Positions 58,812 through 64,000 of a stretch of 64,000 bases of DNA are shown here, in pieces. The translations under genes and the position numbers were made by a program. Numbering within the stretch: position 1 is the stretch's first letter; each line of letters opens with the position of its first letter. Below the pieces are notes generated by a model, which made no database searches, was not told the DNA's origin, and saw nothing but the letters and a program-made list of their open reading frames with translations. Source of the stretch: Candidatus Bathyarchaeia archaeon (GTDB lineage: Archaea; Thermoproteota; Bathyarchaeia; Bathyarchaeales; Bathycorpusculaceae); NCBI GenBank assembly GCA_049516875.1, contig JBEKSS010000002.1, positions 199,336 through 263,335 on the forward strand. Reading direction: 5' to 3'.

Positions 58812-60083
58812 TTGATCGAGTTGTTCACAATAATCACAACACTCTACACTGTTCTAGCCTGCTCGATCTTCGCCGTCACGGGGTGGTCACTCTATAATTT
58901 GCCAATTCTAGTCGCCGGTGTAAAGGCATTGCGGGCATCCAAGTGTGAACTTGAGTGTAAGCCCACAAAGAAAAGGAACCTTCCATCAATTTCGATTATT
59001 GTACCTGTGAAAGACGAAGAGAAAGTCATAGGGCGACTGCTGAACTCATTGACCGCCACAGATTATCCCTCAGACAAGCTAGAGGTAATCGTCGTGGAAG
59101 ACGGTTCAACTGACGACACTCTCAATATCTGCAATGAGTTTGCGAAAGAACATAGTTTGAACCTGAAGATACTCCACAAGGAATTCTCTAACGGTAAACC
59201 TTCAGCATTGAACTATGGAATCAAACATGCCACAGGCGAAATCATCGGAATACTTGATGCTGACAACTTGCCTGCCCGTGACATTCTGCTCAATGTGTCC
59301 AAGTATTTTGAAGACCGAAAAGTGGCAGCTGTTCAGGGCAGAACCTTATCCATCAACTTCGAGCACAACATGTTAACTAGGTTCATCTCATATGAAGAGG
59401 CTGCTTGGTGCGAAGCATACCTACGAGGCAAAGATGTTTTGAAACTGTTTATCAACCTGAGGGGAAGTTGTCAGTTCATAAGACATGATGTCTTGGAGGC
59501 AATCGGAGGTTTTGATGAGAGATTTCTAGCTGAAGACATGGAGCTTTCTGCCAGAATGGCAAACCATCGGTATCAAATCAGATATGCCTCAAATGTGAGG
59601 GCATGGCAGGAATGTCCGTCGCAATTGAAGCAGTTGCTTACGCAGCGGACAAGATGGTACCGAGGGTGGATGGAGATTGCTCTCAGATATGGCCGCCTGA
59701 TGGCTAAGCCAAGCAGGGTCAGCGTTGACGCTGAGGCAACGCTCCTGGGACCCTTCATCATGATAGCATCATTGGCATCTTACATATTCGCTTTCCTTGC
59801 TTTTCTTGTCCCTGTCCCGCTTGGTTCACCACTACAGTTTGTAATGCAGTCTTCAGCGGTCACTACCACGCTGCTAGTGGTTTTGTGCGGGCTAACTCTT
59901 ATCTGGCTCTCCAAGCCTCGACGGTTACGTAACCTCTTATGGTTACCATTTGTTTATGGTTACTGGTGCCTGCAGGCGTTTATCGCTTTGTACGCTGCTT
60001 TGCTCATTCTGCTACGCAGACCGAAGAAGTGGTTGAAGACTAGCAAGACCGGCTTCATCTCAAATCTTAAGGCGGATTCTTAA
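58812..60083 (+). CDS. GT2 processive-type glycosyltransferase (cellulose synthase/IcaA-like)
   Basis: SIIVPVKDE, EDGSTD, GKPSALN, LDAD, LAED, QRTRW; TM segments at both ends. Confidence 0.92.
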   Translation: MIELFTIITTLYTVLACSIFAVTGWSLYNLPILVAGVKALRASKCELECKPTKKRNLPSISIIVPVKDEEKVIGRLLNSLTATDYPSDKLEVIVVEDGSTDDTLNICNEFAKEHSLNLKILHKEFSNGKPSALNYGIKHATGEIIGILDADNLPARDILLNVSKYFEDRKVAAVQGRTLSINFEHNMLTRFISYEEAAWCEAYLRGKDVLKLFINLRGSCQFIRHDVLEAIGGFDERFLAEDMELSARMANHRYQIRYASNVRAWQECPSQLKQLLTQRTRWYRGWMEIALRYGRLMAKPSRVSVDAEATLLGPFIMIASLASYIFAFLAFLVPVPLGSPLQFVMQSSAVTTTLLVVLCGLTLIWLSKPRRLRNLLWLPFVYGYWCLQAFIALYAALLILLRRPKKWLKTSKTGFISNLKADS

Positions 60084-60094
60084 TGCGAATATCT

Positions 60095-60315
60095 ATGCGT
60101 GGCTATGAAAGGTTTCTAGCAACTGGCGGTGCAGGTTTCATTGGTCGTTCCTTATGAAGAGCTTGTTAACACAGGACTTGAAGTCACGATAATTGATGAT
60201 TTGTCTACTAGAAGGCTTGACAACATCCACGGCTGTGCACAAAAGGGCGAAATGCATTTCTAATGTATGAAATCATGGATTTGCGAATCGTTCACAAGTG
60301 CGCGCAGAACGTGTG
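60095..60315 (+). pseudogene. Degraded 5' fragment of an NAD-dependent epimerase/dehydratase
   Basis: FLATGGAGFIGRSL*, then shifted frame EELVNTGLEVTIIDDLSTRRLDNI. Confidence 0.75.
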
Positions 60316-60316
60316 G

Positions 60317-60469
60317 TCAAGTGACTGTGACTTTTTCGACCTTTTTGCACCAGGGAATCCTTGCCCAGCTTTTCGTAAGTTCTTGGAATATTTCCTTTTG
60401 GATCTGTTCATTTGTTTTTTCGCAGCTCTCGTCTACGAGCGAAATGATAATAGTTGCCTTCTTGGTCAC
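60317..60469 (-). CDS. 50-aa microprotein ('IPWC' family), copy 2; not in ORF track
   Basis: GTG start; MTKKATIIISLVDESCEKTNEQIQKEIFQELTKSWARIPWCKKVEKVTVT; GGTGA SD. Confidence 0.8.
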   Translation of the reverse strand: MTKKATIIISLVDESCEKTNEQIQKEIFQELTKSWARIPWCKKVEKVTVT

Positions 60470-60720
60470 CCTCTCACCAGAGCTAGACCCATAAGCAGGT
60501 CTATCTAATCTGTTTTGTGGAGAAGAACTATAGAACCTTGTTCGCCATATTCGGATTTGGAATTGAAATTTGACAAGCGTCGCTTGCGATTGCGTTCTTG
60601 CTTTTCATAGTGTTTCTTTTGCGCTTGCAGCACCTGTTGCAGCATATTCTTGTGACTGCAGTATTGACTCGCTATTTGTTCTAGCGCGCAGACCCGGACA
60701 AGATTCCAGGCTTGCTTCAA

Positions 60721-60760
60721 ATTCAGGTTCGGAATTCGACTTCTCACTAAATTTTAAGTA
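60721..60760 (+). promoter_or_regulatory. Motif ATTCAGGTTCGGAAT upstream of a TTTTAAG TATA-like box of the surface-protein gene
   Basis: Motif 60721-60735; TATA-like box from 60752. Confidence 0.55.
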
Positions 60761-60787
60761 TGACACGCGCCTGCAATCCTAGAAGGA

Positions 60788-63136
60788 GTGAAAGAAATGA
60801 CTAAGAAGAAATCGGTTTGTTTAGTAAGCATAGCGTTCTTGATGGTTTCGATAGTTGCATTTGCATACCTTCCAAAAGCCTTTTCATCGACGACACTGCA
60901 CACGGCCAGAGTGACTCCGACCACGACGACTCTTCCAGTAACTCAACTTAACTTCGAGGTAAACAAGACAGGTGATAACGTGATAAACAGAACCAGAATA
61001 GTGCTTCCCTCTAATGTCAACTACACGGGGGTCATTGCCCCCGTAAACGCGACAAGTGGATGGTACTACACGTATAACCTTGCTGATAATTCTCTCGACT
61101 TCACAGGCAATGTATCATGTGCCATAGGAGAAGCAAGTTGCCCCTCTGATGATTATTTACACCATCTATGGTTCAACATAACTATGCAGTGGCTATCAGT
61201 ACCGCCTGGACAAGCTGTGTTCAGTGTTAACTGTTCCCTTACTACGATCTCACCCAGCCCAGGCTTAACGACGCAAAGCTCAAGCAACCCACAACTGGTG
61301 AACGTCACCTTTACCCCCCAGTTCAGCGCCACGATAACACCAAGTCCCGTCGTTAAGAGCAGCACTGCCTACCTGTTCTACATAACGACCACAAACACAG
61401 GAGCTGGCATAGGAATAAGCGAAATAAACATAACCTACCCATCAGGCTGGACATTCAACGCCCTGCTAACCTACAGCCCAGCAACATGGAGAACAAGTCA
61501 AGATGTGACTAAGCATATTTTGGCCCTCACAGGGCCAAACCTGGCGATAGGAGCATCTGCATGGGTTCAGGTCAACATGACGTCAGGAAGCACAACCCAG
61601 GACCCAAGCCACTGGAACTCAACCGCATGGAACGGCGGAGAAACATGGCTAGGAACATGCGATCTGCCAGTAGCCGTTGATAAAGACTTGCCTATCGTCC
61701 ATATTGACACATCATCTTCCTTCTATGGCGTGGGTTCTGGAAACCACATCTGGGTTAACGCCACGGTGACCGAGGACCTCAACATAACAAAGTATGGGCT
61801 GACCGTTGCTAGCAACGACACAAGGTTCGGATTAGCCAGCTCTGCTATGACTACCTCCCTCATTTACACGTACTACTTCGCCAACACCAGCGCCATTCCG
61901 GATGGGCCTCTGTACGTTAATGTCACGGCTACAGACGCAGCTGGGCACTTGGGCCATGGAGATTCGTCCTACACCGTGGATAACAATGGTCCGAGTCTGT
62001 TATCGCTCAGGGTTAGAGATCCGGCCGACTTGCCAAGCATCGCAGGGGTCTACTGGATGTCAACAACCTCAGCAACTATAGATGTGAACGCCACCTTCTA
62101 CAGCCCACTTGGCTGTGACCTGTCTGGGTCCTTGTACTTTAATGGGACACTGTTTGAGTCTTTTCATAACTATACGTGGACTACCACCGGTTACGATGTT
62201 CGTGGCGTAGACCTAGTGATCCTCAATATAACCTTGACTGATACTTGCTCGCCGGTCAACAGATTCACACAGACATGGAATATAGTCAGAGACAAGGTGT
62301 CTCCATCAGCCACAACGTTCACAGCATCAGCCATCTGCGGTGGAGCCATCATAAGAAGTCTTAACGCCACTGACATCGTCGGAATATATTCATACAGAGT
62401 ATACGTGAACGGCACAAGGTGTACTTCTGATGTTACCATAGATCAACTAAATACTACCACAGCCCTCGTATCTTCGGCTAATTGGACCGCATTCAACAAC
62501 GTGCTTGTACTAAACCTAACAACAAGCGGCGGCAAAGTTGCCAACATAACCATAACGGCCTTGGACTACGCCGGCAACGAAGGACCTGGAGGCACACCAC
62601 AGTACATATCGATCCCCTTGGACCGATGGTCTCCGATAGAGCTACAGCCGGGTTGGAACCTGATAGGGCTTCCTCTCATACCCGCAAACAATGCCAGTGC
62701 GGCAGTGTTATCTTTGATTCTCAAGCAGGGCGCATCCGGGGTAATCGTTTACGGCTACGACAGCACCACGAACAGCTTCACACTTAACCCAGCCACGGTG
62801 GTAGACGGAAAAGGCTACTGGATTTACATGAATGCATACGATGTCATGATAGTCAGCGGCCGCGTATCTCCGACACCACCAGCCCTGCCACCAAACTACG
62901 ATCTAGTCACAGGATGGAATCTCGCGGGCTACAAGTCCATAACCACACACAGCCCCCTCAGCTACCTGTCAAGTCTACCAACTACGCCTACAACCTACTT
63001 CGCTTACATCTACGTCTGGGACGCCATCGGCCAAACTTGGCAAATGAAAACAGGCTCCTCGGACACGCTATCCCCTGGACAGGGCTTCTGGATCTGGATG
63101 TACAGCAACCAGACTCTGATACCGCCGATACCCTAA
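60788..63136 (+). CDS. Large secreted/surface (S-layer-like) glycoprotein
   Basis: Signal peptide; Thr/Asn-rich with many NxT/S sequons; Ig-like repeats; two C-terminal L..GWNL.G repeats. Confidence 0.85.
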   Translation: MKEMTKKKSVCLVSIAFLMVSIVAFAYLPKAFSSTTLHTARVTPTTTTLPVTQLNFEVNKTGDNVINRTRIVLPSNVNYTGVIAPVNATSGWYYTYNLADNSLDFTGNVSCAIGEASCPSDDYLHHLWFNITMQWLSVPPGQAVFSVNCSLTTISPSPGLTTQSSSNPQLVNVTFTPQFSATITPSPVVKSSTAYLFYITTTNTGAGIGISEINITYPSGWTFNALLTYSPATWRTSQDVTKHILALTGPNLAIGASAWVQVNMTSGSTTQDPSHWNSTAWNGGETWLGTCDLPVAVDKDLPIVHIDTSSSFYGVGSGNHIWVNATVTEDLNITKYGLTVASNDTRFGLASSAMTTSLIYTYYFANTSAIPDGPLYVNVTATDAAGHLGHGDSSYTVDNNGPSLLSLRVRDPADLPSIAGVYWMSTTSATIDVNATFYSPLGCDLSGSLYFNGTLFESFHNYTWTTTGYDVRGVDLVILNITLTDTCSPVNRFTQTWNIVRDKVSPSATTFTASAICGGAIIRSLNATDIVGIYSYRVYVNGTRCTSDVTIDQLNTTTALVSSANWTAFNNVLVLNLTTSGGKVANITITALDYAGNEGPGGTPQYISIPLDRWSPIELQPGWNLIGLPLIPANNASAAVLSLILKQGASGVIVYGYDSTTNSFTLNPATVVDGKGYWIYMNAYDVMIVSGRVSPTPPALPPNYDLVTGWNLAGYKSITTHSPLSYLSSLPTTPTTYFAYIYVWDAIGQTWQMKTGSSDTLSPGQGFWIWMYSNQTLIPPIP

Positions 63137-63164
63137 ACACCCCTTTTTCTTTTTTTGAGGTGAC

Positions 63165-64000
63165 ATGACAGTGAAAAGAAGTCTCTTAGTACTGGTCTTA
63201 GCAATACTGGTGATAGATCTAACGCCACTAGCTGTGTGCTCTCCGCCACCACCTTTGCCCATGACAGTTTACGGGACCGCTTTTATCCAGAAACCAGGAG
63301 GAACCGCAACAGCCCCAGGGGGGCTCTACGTATATGCCGAACTTCCTAATACAACACAAATCTCTAACACAACAACCGCCTCAGACGGTTCATACGCATT
63401 GGCGGTGACTGGACCACCGGACGGTACAGCATTTGACATATGGGTCCAAAACGTAAACATAACCAGACTAACTCTTCAATACTACGAAGTATTACCGCTG
63501 AACCTAACAGTCATAGACACGCTGGCCCCAGTCATAACCCCCATATCGCCAACATCCGGAGCCACAATAACATCCCCCGTATGGATAAACGCAACCCTAA
63601 ACGACAACTTGGCCATAAACACAACAACCATAATCCTAACGCTGAACACAACGGCAAAAACTCCAGCTTACAGCCCACCGACTGGACTATTAGTCTACCA
63701 AACCGGAACACTAACCTCGGGCTTTTACATAATCAACGTCACTGTAGCAGATCTGGCACAAAACCGAGCCACCATAACATGGAACTTCACCATCGCGCCA
63801 ATTCTGCCACACTTGCAGCTTAAGAGAGTAAGCGGCTGGTACTGGGTAAGCGACACGACAATCACCTCCGTCGTGGAGGGAGATGTTAACGGTGACGGGT
63901 CGGTTGAGATCGTGACTGGCGGGTACTATTATGATGGTACGCGTGATGTTGCTCAGTTGGCCGTCTGGAACGGAACAACTCTGGCGCTGAAACAAGTGTC
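63165..64000 (+). CDS. Secreted surface protein with Ig-like domain and start of FG-GAP/VCBS repeats (runs off the window); not in ORF track
   Basis: GAGGTGA SD, ATG 63165; MTVKRSLLVLVLAILVI signal; PPPLPMTVYG; DTLAPVI; GDVNGDGSVEIVTGG. Confidence 0.85.
   Translation, partial: MTVKRSLLVLVLAILVIDLTPLAVCSPPPPLPMTVYGTAFIQKPGGTATAPGGLYVYAELPNTTQISNTTTASDGSYALAVTGPPDGTAFDIWVQNVNITRLTLQYYEVLPLNLTVIDTLAPVITPISPTSGATITSPVWINATLNDNLAINTTTIILTLNTTAKTPAYSPPTGLLVYQTGTLTSGFYIINVTVADLAQNRATITWNFTIAPILPHLQLKRVSGWYWVSDTTITSVVEGDVNGDGSVEIVTGGYYYDGTRDVAQLAVWNGTTLALKQV

Noticed and set aside
1-64000. Selenocysteine/pyrrolysine readthrough, inteins, integrases or transposases
   Set aside because: No gene showed an in-frame stop with homologous continuation, an intein-sized insertion or recombinase motifs; the broken genes found are frameshifts or decay.

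Overview
Archaeal chromosomal DNA: gatD/gatE, archaeal-type rps12/rps7, Elp3, form III RuBisCO, NurA-HerA, GGTGA Shine-Dalgarno sites and TATA-type promoters. Gene content and protein style suggest Bathyarchaeia, which is an inference. The first ~46 kb are mostly housekeeping and metabolic genes: ABC exporter, NUDIX, herA-nurA, translation genes, RuBisCO with ribose-1,5-bisphosphate isomerase, DinB, peptidases, CysRS, subtilase, a giant TPR-like protein, acyl-CoA enzymes, adk, a beta-eliminating lyase, iorAB and an XPF/ERCC4 nuclease. Two stretches interrupt them: (i) four unannotated winged-helix paralogs beside a stand-alone nurA-herA pair, and (ii) a small AT-rich island (~21.5-24.0 kb) with a minimal AEP/primase-like protein and a dinucleotide-rich tract. 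From ~46.7 to 60.8 kb is a partly decayed signal-transduction island with REC, REC-PAS-histidine kinase, REC-TrmB, two PadR proteins, an RHH protein, microproteins and pseudogenes. About 10 copies of a 15-bp motif (ATTCRGATTYRGAAT) run through it, along with a 189-bp inverted-repeat element and duplicated promoter modules. The island ends at a GT2 glycosyltransferase and large surface proteins. A dispersed ~65-95 bp palindromic repeat family occurs at 6.8, 40.9 and 46.3-46.6 kb. No rRNA, tRNA, CRISPR array, integrase or transposase was recognised. All calls come from reading the sequence by eye; no database search was run.
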